DNA of 64,000 nt from a virus. The position numbers and the translations under genes are program-made. This document shows positions 1-8,847 of this stretch, piece by piece. The notes beneath the pieces are model-generated. The model did no database searches and was not told where the DNA came from. It saw nothing but the letters and a program-made list of their open reading frames with translations. The DNA is taken from the IMG/VR virus record IMGVR_UViG_3300044620_000592, positions 1 to 64,000 of that record; one strand, written 5' to 3'. Numbering within the stretch: position 1 is the first letter of the stretch; each line of letters starts with the position of its first letter.

Positions 1-612
1 TTTGTCTGTCCATTCATTCCATTGTTCAATTGCTTCTGTATTCCAAATCTGAAGCTGATAAGCAGCTGTTATGATATCGTCATCTTTAAGGTTATAATTA
101 ACATCAACCCCCATGTTATTAGACAATTCATAATACAATGCCTCAGCCCAATCTTCTTTAGTTGTGTCAATCATATCTTTCAGATAATCATCCATGTAAT
201 TAAATGTGCTAATTGCTTCATCATGCTCAAGTTTTAAATAATGATCTTCATCAGCAATTGAATACTCATCTAATTCGTTATGCCAAGTCATTGCAGCAAT
301 AAAAGAATTAGTAATGTTTTCTTCGACAACATCACCTGGACTTTTAAGGATACGGCAAACCAAACGATCAACTGAATTAACAGCCCAATGCTTATAAGTT
401 TCAATTCTAAAATCATTAGGATATCGCTTAATCAAATCATTTGATATAACTTCAAAGTTTGAAATTTCTAAAATATCACTAGCGTCATTTTTATCAATTC
501 CAGTAAAACCCCAGGTTTTAAACATATCGTTATCTCCCCAGTAACCAAAATCTTCAGGCTTTTGCAAAGCTTGGCTTGCATACTTTGGCAATTCATTAAA
601 GTCAATCTTCAT
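1..612 (-). CDS. Hypothetical protein, truncated by window start
   Basis: Manual translation from ATG at 612 (MKIDFNELPKYASQALQKPEDFGYWG...) is open to base 1; the start overlaps the stop of 612..929. Confidence 0.8.
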   Translation of the reverse strand, partial: MKIDFNELPKYASQALQKPEDFGYWGDNDMFKTWGFTGIDKNDASDILEISNFEVISNDLIKRYPNDFRIETYKHWAVNSVDRLVCRILKSPGDVVEENITNSFIAAMTWHNELDEYSIADEDHYLKLEHDEAISTFNYMDDYLKDMIDTTKEDWAEALYYELSNNMGVDVNYNLKDDDIITAAYQLQIWNTEAIEQWNEWTDK

Positions 613-929
613 TAGATACCTAATTCCTTCTTTGCTTCTTCATCCCAGTTTTCTGGCAAGTTTCTTTCAATAACATATACATATCCATCAGCTATTTCAT
701 CATCAGTATTCCAATAGCAACAAACTTCACCATAAGAACCAAAATCATGACTAAACCACTTAATCTTAAAGTTAATTCCCATGTTTTCAGACTCTGGAAA
801 GAGACGATTAAGTTGATTAATATACGCTTTCATTTCTTTTGTTGCTTTTGAACTATAATCAACAACTCCAACTTGAGTACAATCTTCGCCATAAGGAGTT
901 GAACCAAATTCCATATATTCCATATTCAT
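612..929 (-). CDS. Hypothetical phage protein
   Basis: 105-aa ORF coupled to neighbours (TPYGEDCTQVG...FSHDFGSYGEV). Confidence 0.75.
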   Translation of the reverse strand: MNMEYMEFGSTPYGEDCTQVGVVDYSSKATKEMKAYINQLNRLFPESENMGINFKIKWFSHDFGSYGEVCCYWNTDDEIADGYVYVIERNLPENWDEEAKKELGI

Positions 930-1042
930 TACATATACCTTCTATTTCTATCTTTTACTACTTCTTGCTCCATACACTGTGTACAAACTGAATCTTCAGG
1001 TAGTTCTTCATACATAGCTTCACAGTTTTTACAAATATACAC
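929..1042 (-). CDS. Small zinc-ribbon/rubredoxin-like protein (37 aa, not in ORF track)
   Basis: GTG start; MYICKNCEAMYEELPEDSVCTQCMEQEVVKDRNRRYM has two CxxC pairs and fills the gap exactly with 1-nt overlaps. Confidence 0.65.
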   Translation of the reverse strand: MYICKNCEAMYEELPEDSVCTQCMEQEVVKDRNRRYM

Positions 1043-1302
1043 TATTCCTCATCCTCGTCATAATCTTCATCCCAATCTCCAAACATTTCATCCCAACATT
1101 TAGGATGAGTTCCGCTAATCATAACTTCACGCTCTTCCGCAGTCAAATGAGGAAACACAACGTGAATAAATTCATTTTTAATGAACAGTCTTTCATATTC
1201 ATCTTTGGTTAATGCAAATAAAGTTATTTCTTTACAATGAGTACATTTCTTTGTAAACTCATAAGCTGAGTCTCCAAGGCTATAAATACTATCTGCTCTC
1301 AT
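1042..1302 (-). CDS. Hypothetical Cys/His zinc-binding protein
   Basis: CTHC...HPKC, acidic tail. Confidence 0.7.
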   Translation of the reverse strand: MRADSIYSLGDSAYEFTKKCTHCKEITLFALTKDEYERLFIKNEFIHVVFPHLTAEEREVMISGTHPKCWDEMFGDWDEDYDEDEE

Positions 1303-1304
1303 TT

Positions 1305-1628
1305 TTACTCTCTTCCTTTAAAGTGTTCTTCAGTTCCATAAATAGTTTCATCATTTTCAATACCCCAAGAATATTCACAACAAAGTGGATAATCCTTATT
1401 GTCAGTAGCAACAGAATGGCTACCGCGCATTTTATCTGCAGACAAATTAGGAACTGTTCTAAAAAACTCAACCGCACAAGAATGGCAGAACAATAGCTCA
1501 ACCATTTCTAAATCAATAAACATTCCATAACCCCCGGTCAATGTCACATACAATGCATTGTCTGGATTTGGATTAAATTCGATAGTGCTGTTGCACTTAT
1601 CACAAATAATTGTTTCTTTAGGCTCCAT
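1305..1628 (-). CDS. Hypothetical zinc-finger protein
   Basis: CDKC and CHSC pairs. Confidence 0.7.
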   Translation of the reverse strand: MEPKETIICDKCNSTIEFNPNPDNALYVTLTGGYGMFIDLEMVELLFCHSCAVEFFRTVPNLSADKMRGSHSVATDNKDYPLCCEYSWGIENDETIYGTEEHFKGRE

Positions 1629-1961
1629 TTAATTCCTCACATAATTTGGATTGTTTCTGTAAAACAAAAACATATTTATTTCATACATCATCATTTGATG
1701 AACATAGTTACTAGCCATTTCTACTCTTGTAGAAAAGGCATATCTCTTATTTTTTGCAATGTTTTGAACTGCTAAATTCTTAACTCTTTGTGCATAAAAA
1801 GTATGACGTTCTTTTTTAATTTCAAAAGAATCAATGACTTTAATAATCATTTTGCCAACTGTTTTATTGCCAGATTTTGAATTAATTCCATAATCAGCCG
1901 AAAGAAATATTTCAATCTCTTTTTTAGTAAGTTCATACTTTACATATTCATCTATTTTCAT
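1629..1961 (-). CDS. Hypothetical protein
   Basis: ORF track 1629..1979; likely start MKIDEY at 1961 after GGAGGAG. Confidence 0.65.
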   Translation of the reverse strand: MKIDEYVKYELTKKEIEIFLSADYGINSKSGNKTVGKMIIKVIDSFEIKKERHTFYAQRVKNLAVQNIAKNKRYAFSTRVEMASNYVHQMMMYEINMFLFYRNNPNYVRN

Positions 1962-2050
1962 TGCTCCTCCATGAAACATTCAATTACCAGTCCAACTACT
2001 AATAAAATAAAAGGACTCATTACGACTCCAAATACTAAATACTCAATCAT
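1958..2050 (-). CDS. Small single-TM membrane peptide (30 aa, not in ORF track)
   Basis: MIEYLVFGVVMSPFILLVVGLVIECFMEEQ; ATGA overlap with the next gene. Confidence 0.5.
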   Translation of the reverse strand: MIEYLVFGVVMSPFILLVVGLVIECFMEEQ

Positions 2051-2271
2051 TAACTTAAATCCTTCCCAGATTCAATTTGTTTTGTTTTTTGTTCTCCACA
2101 ACCATTAGGGCACTCTGTAAGTTGTCCTTTTTTTAATTGAAAAGAATGCATTGCTTTTTCTGTTTTAATTTTATGTCCACAAAATAGAATTTGAATTGCT
2201 TCAAATCTACCGGGAGCTTTTGTTTTAATCATTCTATTAATCTCCTTTTTGTAACATATCTGCTCTAACAT
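2050..2271 (-). CDS. Hypothetical protein (CGH...CPNGC)
   Basis: ORF in co-oriented array; true start may be MIKTK. Confidence 0.55.
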   Translation of the reverse strand: MLEQICYKKEINRMIKTKAPGRFEAIQILFCGHKIKTEKAMHSFQLKKGQLTECPNGCGEQKTKQIESGKDLS

Positions 2272-2473
2272 TTAGTTCTCGCAAATCTTCTTTTTTAATC
2301 CAAAAGTAATTGCATTTATGAAGTAAAGCCGGAGTATAAATCTTACGAAATTCTCTTTCTCTTTCATCAAGGCCAATACGATTACATACTTCATCTAAGC
2401 AGTAATCATAACCAGCTTCAAATCTTTCATCAATAAAATCACAATTGCATATTTTACAAATTGCCATTGTCAT
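2237..2473 (-). CDS. Small zinc-finger protein
   Basis: CKIC...CLDEVC. Confidence 0.65.
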   Translation of the reverse strand: MTMAICKICNCDFIDERFEAGYDYCLDEVCNRIGLDEREREFRKIYTPALLHKCNYFWIKKEDLRELNVRADMLQKGD

Positions 2474-2630
2474 AACTCGCTTTCATTTCTTCCATAATGT
2501 TTTGATAAACTTTAATCAAAGTTGTAGACGCTTCTTGACGCTTTTCCATTATCTCGATTTTTGCTTTCAACAAAGCGTTATGCTCTTCGAGCAGCTCAAT
2601 CTTTTGCAATAGGGAATCCATATTTAACAT
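2454..2630 (-). CDS. Small coiled-coil protein (58 aa, not in ORF track)
   Basis: MLNMDSLLQKIELLEEHNALLKAKIEIMEKRQEAS... fills the gap. Confidence 0.55.
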   Translation of the reverse strand: MLNMDSLLQKIELLEEHNALLKAKIEIMEKRQEASTTLIKVYQNIMEEMKASYDNGNL

Positions 2631-2633
2631 TTT

Positions 2634-2933
2634 TTATCCTTCTACTATTAATGTAATGTAAGTTTTATCTTTTGACCAACGCTTGTGAAGATCAATATTG
2701 TTATACAAAGCTGATTGATTAATCGCTCTAATTACTTCTTTCTTTTCAGCATTAGACGTAACAACTATTTCAACTTTAATTTGATCACCAAATCTCATAC
2801 CTGAGATAATCTTATGGAACTTCTTTTCAATATCTGTTTCAAACTTGATTTGTTCTTTTTGGTATGAATAATGTCCAATAACATCTCTTGTTCTCATTTT
2901 TCCTCCTAATAAGAAAAGGTTGGCATATGCCAA
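2634..2933 (-). CDS. Hypothetical protein
   Basis: ORF; likely start MRTRD after AGGAGG. Confidence 0.65.
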   Translation of the reverse strand: MAYANLFLLGGKMRTRDVIGHYSYQKEQIKFETDIEKKFHKIISGMRFGDQIKVEIVVTSNAEKKEVIRAINQSALYNNIDLHKRWSKDKTYITLIVEG

Positions 2934-2972
2934 CCCTTTGTTTAATATTACTTTTTCTTTATGGGCTAACTA

Positions 2973-3365
2973 TTAGATTGATTCTTCAACCAGATCTAAA
3001 GGCTGTACTAATTCCAAAAGCATTTCGCCTCTTGAATCTTGGACAATAATGTATTTGTCTTGAGTAATCAAAACATTTAACATTTCCAATTGATACATGC
3101 GCAGCTCATCTCGACACTCTTTAGCCAATACGCTAGTCATATCATCAGTATCAACATTCATCAAACGCAAATTCTTAATAGACTTACGAATCTGAATACG
3201 AGCCAATGCCATAACCAATTCAGTACCAGGATCATTTCCCCAATAGTTTCTGTCAATTAATGGACTATCAAATAGAGAAGGTGTTTTCTTTTTTCTTGGA
3301 GTAGAAGAATATTCAATCTCTGATTCATCTATAAACTCAAATTCCATTTCATTCACCTTTCCCAA
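2973..3365 (-). CDS. Hypothetical protein
   Basis: 130-aa ORF in array. Confidence 0.65.
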   Translation of the reverse strand: MGKVNEMEFEFIDESEIEYSSTPRKKKTPSLFDSPLIDRNYWGNDPGTELVMALARIQIRKSIKNLRLMNVDTDDMTSVLAKECRDELRMYQLEMLNVLITQDKYIIVQDSRGEMLLELVQPLDLVEESI

Positions 3366-3522
3366 ATTTATTTATTCCGTCAATAACTAAATCAACAAGA
3401 ACACAAAGTCTTTGCTGTTCATATTCGCGAGGAATAATCAATCCTTTTGTTAATTGCCTTTGCAAATTCTCTAATTGAGAAATTGCCTTATCATAAATAC
3501 TAATGTCAATGTTAGTTTCCAT
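3349..3522 (-). CDS. Small hypothetical protein (57 aa, not in ORF track)
   Basis: METNIDISIYDKAISQLENLQRQLTKGLIIPREYEQQRL... fills the gap. Confidence 0.5.
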   Translation of the reverse strand: METNIDISIYDKAISQLENLQRQLTKGLIIPREYEQQRLCVLVDLVIDGINKFGKGE

Positions 3523-3536
3523 TGTTTTTTATCTTT

Positions 3537-3749
3537 CTACTTTACTTCAATAATTTCAATAGTCTCAATGTCTAAGTTTGAGAATTTGTAATCACGATGA
3601 CTTTTAGCAAACCATTGAGCTAATTCCAAAGTTGGAAAAGTGTTCAATACATAAACCTTGTCTTTAATCATGTCCCAAATATTAGGGTCAAGACCATCAC
3701 AATTTTTGTACTTTTGCTCATCCAATTTTGCTATGATTTGATATTTCAT
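3537..3749 (-). CDS. Hypothetical protein
   Basis: 70-aa ORF coupled to the upstream gene. Confidence 0.65.
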   Translation of the reverse strand: MKYQIIAKLDEQKYKNCDGLDPNIWDMIKDKVYVLNTFPTLELAQWFAKSHRDYKFSNLDIETIEIIEVK

Positions 3750-4264
3750 TCTGTTTCTTCTTTCTTTTTGTTTGCGAAATATTCATTAGTGCTAAGATTA
3801 GCACGTTCTAAAATCTCATCGATTGTCAAACCGTTAGGGTTTGTCTTACCCTTAGGCGGAACAAAATCTTCAGGAAAAGCACCAGCAGAAGTCACAGTAG
3901 AACTAATATTGATACTCTCATCTTTACTAACATTTGCAACATTAGTAATACTTGCACCCGTAACTGAATGCATACCTGAACGGCGAACTCTCATCACACG
4001 CTTACGAATAACTGAATCAGCACCATCAGGAAAAACAATAGCCGGGGCATTAGCCAATTTCCTACGATAAGCCTGCATAAAACGCATAGCCGAACCCGAA
4101 TCTATTTTGCGGCCTGTATCTGTAACAAATACAAAACGGATACTCATGTTTTCCGTAATCTTGATATAATCGACAATCTTGCCGAAATCTTTTACGCCAT
4201 TTGATAACTGAGTATTTAGCATGGCAATTACCTTAGCTTCATACGCATCATTTAGAGAAGTCAT
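3746..4264 (-). CDS. Hypothetical protein
   Basis: 172-aa ORF with GAGGT RBS. Confidence 0.75.
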   Translation of the reverse strand: MTSLNDAYEAKVIAMLNTQLSNGVKDFGKIVDYIKITENMSIRFVFVTDTGRKIDSGSAMRFMQAYRRKLANAPAIVFPDGADSVIRKRVMRVRRSGMHSVTGASITNVANVSKDESINISSTVTSAGAFPEDFVPPKGKTNPNGLTIDEILERANLSTNEYFANKKKEETE

Positions 4265-4338
4265 ACCTCAACCTTATCGTTTATACAATGAAATACCACG
4301 TGCAATTCGTAACCTAATTGTTGCGCTATTTGTGGCAT
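4261..4338 (-). CDS. Possible leaderless 25-aa upstream ORF
   Basis: TAGACT 6 nt before ATG; MPQIAQQLGYELHVVFHCINDKVEV; its TGA overlaps the ATG of 3746..4264. Confidence 0.35.
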   Translation of the reverse strand: MPQIAQQLGYELHVVFHCINDKVEV

Positions 4339-4513
4339 AGGGATAGTCTATACGCTCAAAGAATAGATTCGCTACTCAAAAAACAGATTTCTTTTGGAAA
4401 ATTTAATTGGTCAATAAATGACTCAAACAAGGGATCAGAAATTAAGAAGCCCAGGGGTAAAAGATGATCTGTTCTTTTACATAAAAAATGAGCTATAGCT
4501 TTAGCCCCAGAGG

Positions 4514-4555
4514 AGCGTGTAACTTTAGCCCATTCTTTTAGCGTGTAATTTTAGC
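4514..4555. repeat. 16-bp imperfect direct repeat in non-coding gap
   Basis: AGCGTGTAACTTTAGC (4514-4529) and AGCGTGTAATTTTAGC (4540-4555). Confidence 0.7.
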
Positions 4556-4673
4556 AATTGTTTGAGGCAATTCACACCACGCAATCTTTTAGCAAATAAT
4601 GCACAAATTTTAGTATATTTTTCTGAGCCTATATATGTATTGCAAATCTTTACAAAAAGGTAAACAAATTGAA

Positions 4674-5486
4674 TTAATCAGCTGGCTTAGCGTTATCAAT
4701 AAGGAATTGCATAAGAGTTCCTGTATATTTCATCCGGCCCATATGCGTTAACTCAATAGATGGGTCAGTCCAAATGTCGCCATCCATCTTTTGCCAATAA
4801 CGACAGAAGCCATAATCCTCAGATAAGAATCTATTGTCTTCGTCTACATACGAATTAAATAATGCGTAAGAATGTTTTCTTTCTTCCTCAGAAAGTAAAG
4901 ATGTATCGTCATCATATTTCAATTCAGGATACTGAGCAAACATCTTTTCAAATGCGCTACGCTTAATCATCATAAAACCAGTACCAGCATCGTGAACAGC
5001 AATCGCACCATTTTCTACAACAATTTTGTCATCTCCAAATCTAACTGGATTGACAACAAATCTTGTACTCAAACCTAAAAGCTTATCTGGTTCAGTACCA
5101 TTCTTAGCAGCTTTAGCAACCTTCTCCCAATTTATATCCTTTATGGGGTATGCACCAGTAACAATTTCTTTATCATGCCATAACATTTTAAGAATATCAT
5201 CCGGGTTAAATGCTAAGTCAACATCAATAAAAACCAAATGAGTAAACTCAGGGTTTGCCATAAACTTGGCTACAAGCTGATTTCTTGCTCTGCTGATTAG
5301 AGAGTCTGATAATGTACTAATTGAAAACTTTAAACCAATGTCTTTAAAACCCATTGCCGTTCTTAGCATTGACATAAAAAACGGTTCTGTTAATTGTTGA
5401 TCATAACAAGGCAAAGCAAAAAGTGGATGCCAACCTTTTATTTGTTCATGTGTAATTTCAATTTCTTGCTCTTTTGATTCAATCAT
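4674..5486 (-). CDS. GT-A-fold (GT2-like) glycosyltransferase-like protein
   Basis: SLISRARNQL, FIDVD (DxD), GTGFMMIKR, LSEDYGFC, LTHMG; start re-placed at MIESK (5486) downstream of the terminator. Confidence 0.7.
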   Translation of the reverse strand: MIESKEQEIEITHEQIKGWHPLFALPCYDQQLTEPFFMSMLRTAMGFKDIGLKFSISTLSDSLISRARNQLVAKFMANPEFTHLVFIDVDLAFNPDDILKMLWHDKEIVTGAYPIKDINWEKVAKAAKNGTEPDKLLGLSTRFVVNPVRFGDDKIVVENGAIAVHDAGTGFMMIKRSAFEKMFAQYPELKYDDDTSLLSEEERKHSYALFNSYVDEDNRFLSEDYGFCRYWQKMDGDIWTDPSIELTHMGRMKYTGTLMQFLIDNAKPAD

Positions 5487-5493
5487 AGTTAAG

Positions 5494-5499
5494 AGTATA
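5494..5499 (-). promoter_or_regulatory. -10 element for leaderless transcript
   Basis: TGTG-TATACT, 7 nt before ATG 5486, no SD. Confidence 0.55.
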
Positions 5500-5505
5500 C
5501 ACAAT

Positions 5506-5539
5506 AAAAAGACCCCGTGTGTTTCCACACGGGGTCTTT
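5506..5539 (-). terminator. Intrinsic terminator
   Basis: Perfect stem AAAGACCCCGTGTG/CACACGGGGTCTTT with T-run on the minus strand. Confidence 0.85.
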
Positions 5540-5560
5540 ATGGGATTATTTATTAAATAA

Positions 5561-5902
5561 TCACTTGGATGTTGTAGACTTTGCCTTTGTCTTTACGCCA
5601 GCAACTTCGTTTGCCATTACAGAAGAGTTATCTGATGTGTCAAGGGTTGCCTTAAAGAAGAGGCTGCTCTCATTTGCATCAAAACGGATAACAATATTGT
5701 AACCCAACTTCTTAGCCTGAGCACGAATACGCTGTTGCATTGAATTGTAAGCCTTACCTTTTTCAATTCCCTTAATGCAGAACTTATCGCCGGTCTTAAC
5801 AGAATCGTTAAGAGCTTCAATAATCATTTGCAATTCTTCAGACACTCTACCACTACGAGAGATTTCTGGAAAATTATCTACTTTCTGAATGCTGATTGAC
5901 AT
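5561..5902 (-). CDS. Hypothetical protein (possible small DNA-binding protein)
   Basis: 113 aa, basic C-terminal tail, AAGGA RBS, own promoter-like element and terminator. Confidence 0.7.
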   Translation of the reverse strand: MSISIQKVDNFPEISRSGRVSEELQMIIEALNDSVKTGDKFCIKGIEKGKAYNSMQQRIRAQAKKLGYNIVIRFDANESSLFFKATLDTSDNSSVMANEVAGVKTKAKSTTSK

Positions 5903-6050
5903 TTTATTATTCCTTTATGGTATTTGGATTTTTTACGATGTGAGAAGGTGTTCCCTACCTCGTTGAAAATCAGCATATCATCATCATTCGGAAGATGTAG
6001 CCAGTTTGTGAACTTTCTTTAAAAAAGTTTTTTAACCAACATAATTGAGA

Positions 6051-6251
6051 TTAAAATGTAAGGGTATTACTGCTACCAGTTTCTTTATGAGCCTCTGCGT
6101 GTTTTACAAACTCATTTTGCAACTTTTGCAAAGCCAGTCTCGTAACAATTAAATCAAAGTTTAATGTACTAATTTGCTTGTTCAATTCTGCAATGATTTC
6201 ATCTACAGTTACCTGCAACGAAGAATCATGCTCTAAATCATGTCTATCCAT
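6051..6251 (-). CDS. Small coiled-coil hypothetical protein
   Basis: 66-aa ORF overlapping the end of terL. Confidence 0.6.
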   Translation of the reverse strand: MDRHDLEHDSSLQVTVDEIIAELNKQISTLNFDLIVTRLALQKLQNEFVKHAEAHKETGSSNTLTF

Positions 6252-7963
6252 CTTTCTGCACCTCCAATCTCTTTCCTATCAGTTCCTTGGAACATTCCTA
6301 AATCATTATTGAATACGCTTACCGTAGAAAAGTCTTCAAATTCGTCATCCATTTCAAATACTGGACTAGGACTTAATATCTCAATCTCAACCTCTGAGTC
6401 AATTGCTGCCATACTCATAGCTTTAAATACAGAACCGGCCAATGCATCAGCCAAGTCTTTAGAGCCAGTAGAAGGGTGATCAATTTTGTTATTTCCAAAA
6501 AGTTTTAATTTAAGAAGTTCTTCTTCAACCAATAACTCATTCCAATAACCACGCAATCTCGTATCATACATACAAGACATTAGGGTGTCGTAGTCGGTCT
6601 TTTTAACGCTATGGAAGTCTGAATTAATTCCCATGCTTCTAAGGCTCTGAATCATTTCAATAGATTGCCAACGGTCAAATGTAACCAACCCAACATCAAA
6701 TTTTCTATGAAGATCAACAATCATTTGTCGAATTGACGCAAAGTTAATTTCTGCACCGACTGTTGCTTCCCAAGAATAAACCAAATCAACATTAATAATA
6801 GGAAGTTTTTCTACGCCCATTGATGTTTTAATTTCCTTAAAGCCAGCGCAATGCGACATGCAAAGAGCAGCCCTATCTCGTTTCAAAGCCAAGTCAACAT
6901 GAATAAATCTTGTAAACCCATCTTTATTATTAAACCAAGGTTTAAACATGCCCTCATCATCAACCGGGTCTTCTCTATATGTAAAAGCTTTTCTAACTAA
7001 ATCAGCATCCCTAAAGTATGCGTCTTCCATGTTAGGTGGTTCACATTCAAATCTTGCTCTTGCTTGAATAGGATTGCGAACATATTCTGATTCTAATTGC
7101 TCTCTCTTAATCGTAGGGTTAACTTCCCAAGTAGCAGCTTTCATTGACCAGGTTTTTGGTTCATTATTATTTCTAGAATCAAAATATCTCTGTTGGATAA
7201 AGTCACCTTTATAGCGGGGGAATGAAAGAAGAATAACTTTCCCTATTTCTGGGAAACGAGACATAACAGATAACTTACTCATGTTATAAATTGCAGAAGC
7301 AGAACCTTTTGATCTTGTTTCTCCCTTTAATTCCACATCTGTTTTAAAAGCTGCAATCTCGTCAAGAATAATAGTCATAACTTCATAACCTTCCCAACCT
7401 TCACTTTCAGAGTGACCTGAGAAGCATCTAACTGGTCTACTAAAGAAAAAGATTTCAGAAACTCTTGGTTCAAATCCAACATCATTAAAGAATGGTGAAC
7501 CTAGTAGTAAGTTTTTAAAAGGCTCAAAGAAAACTCTTTGCGCTTGTTGTGCGTTAACAGCAAGGTTTAGCAAGTCAATATATACACCTTTTGCTTTACC
7601 GTAATAACCCAAAGGATCTCTAAGGCAATGCATCATATAAGCTGTATAGGCCATTGATATTCTTGCACAATGGTCTTTACCAGATCCTTTACCCAACATG
7701 CAAATCACTTCGTTGTCTGTATAGTTATCATAATACGCTGACCCGGCTTCTTCACCCATCAGATCTATTAACGTATGTTTTTTTAAAACTTGTGTAGAAT
7801 GTCGTACAATCTCCAACTGAATAGGCGATAATGGTGGAAGCCCAAGATATTTCTTATCTTGAACAAATACCTCAATGGAAACAGGTTCCTCTACGAATTC
7901 CTCTTTCCTAAGCAAACGGTCAAAGTCAGAATATTCTAAATTCATACCCATAAAATCAGACAT
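6233..7963 (-). CDS. terL: Terminase large subunit
   Basis: Walker A MLGKGSGKD, Walker B IILDEIA, coupling motif LLSFP, RNase H-like nuclease HVDLA...FDRWQS...KDLADALA. Confidence 0.88.
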   Translation of the reverse strand: MSDFMGMNLEYSDFDRLLRKEEFVEEPVSIEVFVQDKKYLGLPPLSPIQLEIVRHSTQVLKKHTLIDLMGEEAGSAYYDNYTDNEVICMLGKGSGKDHCARISMAYTAYMMHCLRDPLGYYGKAKGVYIDLLNLAVNAQQAQRVFFEPFKNLLLGSPFFNDVGFEPRVSEIFFFSRPVRCFSGHSESEGWEGYEVMTIILDEIAAFKTDVELKGETRSKGSASAIYNMSKLSVMSRFPEIGKVILLSFPRYKGDFIQQRYFDSRNNNEPKTWSMKAATWEVNPTIKREQLESEYVRNPIQARARFECEPPNMEDAYFRDADLVRKAFTYREDPVDDEGMFKPWFNNKDGFTRFIHVDLALKRDRAALCMSHCAGFKEIKTSMGVEKLPIINVDLVYSWEATVGAEINFASIRQMIVDLHRKFDVGLVTFDRWQSIEMIQSLRSMGINSDFHSVKKTDYDTLMSCMYDTRLRGYWNELLVEEELLKLKLFGNNKIDHPSTGSKDLADALAGSVFKAMSMAAIDSEVEIEILSPSPVFEMDDEFEDFSTVSVFNNDLGMFQGTDRKEIGGAERWIDMI

Positions 7964-8618
7964 GATTTCCACCTTTATGAGAGCTATTTTCCGTCTCAAA
8001 TTGTGAGGCTTTATGAGAGTCATTTTCCGTCTCAAATTCTGGAGAATCTACGATTTCTGCGTCTTCTATGTCATCATCATTTGTCATAATCTCAAAAGCA
8101 GCAGAAAGTTCTCTTCTTACCTCGTCTGCAATTTCCGGATACTTTGATATAACATCTCTTAATACTCTTGATAAAGTCTGATTCACATTCTCAGCCTTCT
8201 GCATTCGTGCAATGTAATCAGAGTCACCACTTGTTCCGCTCATTAACTTATGAAGTTGGGCCTTCTTGTTTGCAATATCAGCAGCAAGTTTCAATGCTTG
8301 AATCCTCGCAGGAACCATCCCATGATCTGTTGCAATATTAACTGTCTCCCAAGCTTCTTTGCTTAATTGGTCAAACTCTTGTAGAGCTTTGATTGTATTA
8401 AATTGTATTCTCTCAAGGAAATAAGGGTCATCCTCTGCCTGTCTATTAAGAATCTTTTTATACTCATTAATATATTCTTTTGCTTCCCCGACCTTAAGGG
8501 AGAGAAGTGTTGCGATTTCGTGATACGAATATCCTTTAACATGAAGTTGTCCCGCATCTTCAATGACGCGCATCTTGTCAAAAATATTTTTTTCACCTAT
8601 TGGTTCAATATTTGACAT
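7956..8618 (-). CDS. Putative terminase small subunit
   Basis: N-terminal HTH (GYSYHEIATLLSL), helical body, directly upstream of and overlapping terL. Confidence 0.6.
   Translation of the reverse strand: MSNIEPIGEKNIFDKMRVIEDAGQLHVKGYSYHEIATLLSLKVGEAKEYINEYKKILNRQAEDDPYFLERIQFNTIKALQEFDQLSKEAWETVNIATDHGMVPARIQALKLAADIANKKAQLHKLMSGTSGDSDYIARMQKAENVNQTLSRVLRDVISKYPEIADEVRRELSAAFEIMTNDDDIEDAEIVDSPEFETENDSHKASQFETENSSHKGGNHV
7973..8038. repeat. 30-bp tandem direct repeat (36-bp period) at the terS/terL junction
   Basis: CTTTATGAGAGnnATTTTCCGTCTCAAATT twice, encoding FETENxSHK twice. Confidence 0.85.
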
Positions 8619-8625
8619 AATATAT

Positions 8626-8631
8626 AGTTTA
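8626..8631 (-). promoter_or_regulatory. Extended -10 for leaderless terS transcript
   Basis: TGC-TAAACT, 7 nt before ATG 8618. Confidence 0.55.
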
Positions 8632-8655
8632 GCACACTAACCTAGAAATAAAAGC

Positions 8656-8678
8656 AAAAAGCCCCGCCGAAGCGAGGC
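8656..8678 (-). terminator. Intrinsic terminator with cUUCGg tetraloop
   Basis: Minus strand GCCTCGC-TTCG-GCGGGGC-TTTTT. Confidence 0.8.
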
Positions 8679-8697
8679 AATTCACTATTTCTATTTA

Positions 8698-8784
8698 TTA
8701 ACGAGATACAACTCTGTAAATAGTAATCTTGTCGTTCTTAGCGAAAACAACAAGTTCTTCTTGGACTTTAATTGGTGAATTCAT
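8698..8784 (-). CDS. Leaderless 28-aa micro-ORF (not in ORF track)
   Basis: TGATATGAT 6 nt before ATG; MNSPIKVQEELVVFAKNDKITIYRVVSR; followed by the terminator. Confidence 0.5.
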   Translation of the reverse strand: MNSPIKVQEELVVFAKNDKITIYRVVSR

Positions 8785-8847
8785 ACTGATATCATATCAC
8801 TCTTTCAATCGTTATTTAATCGTTTGTTTTAGTTAATATAAAAGTTA

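Noticed and set aside
4380-6050. tRNA or structured ncRNA in intergenic gaps
   Set aside because: No cloverleaf, T-loop GTTC signature or recognisable riboswitch found by eye; a covariance-model search would be needed to exclude it
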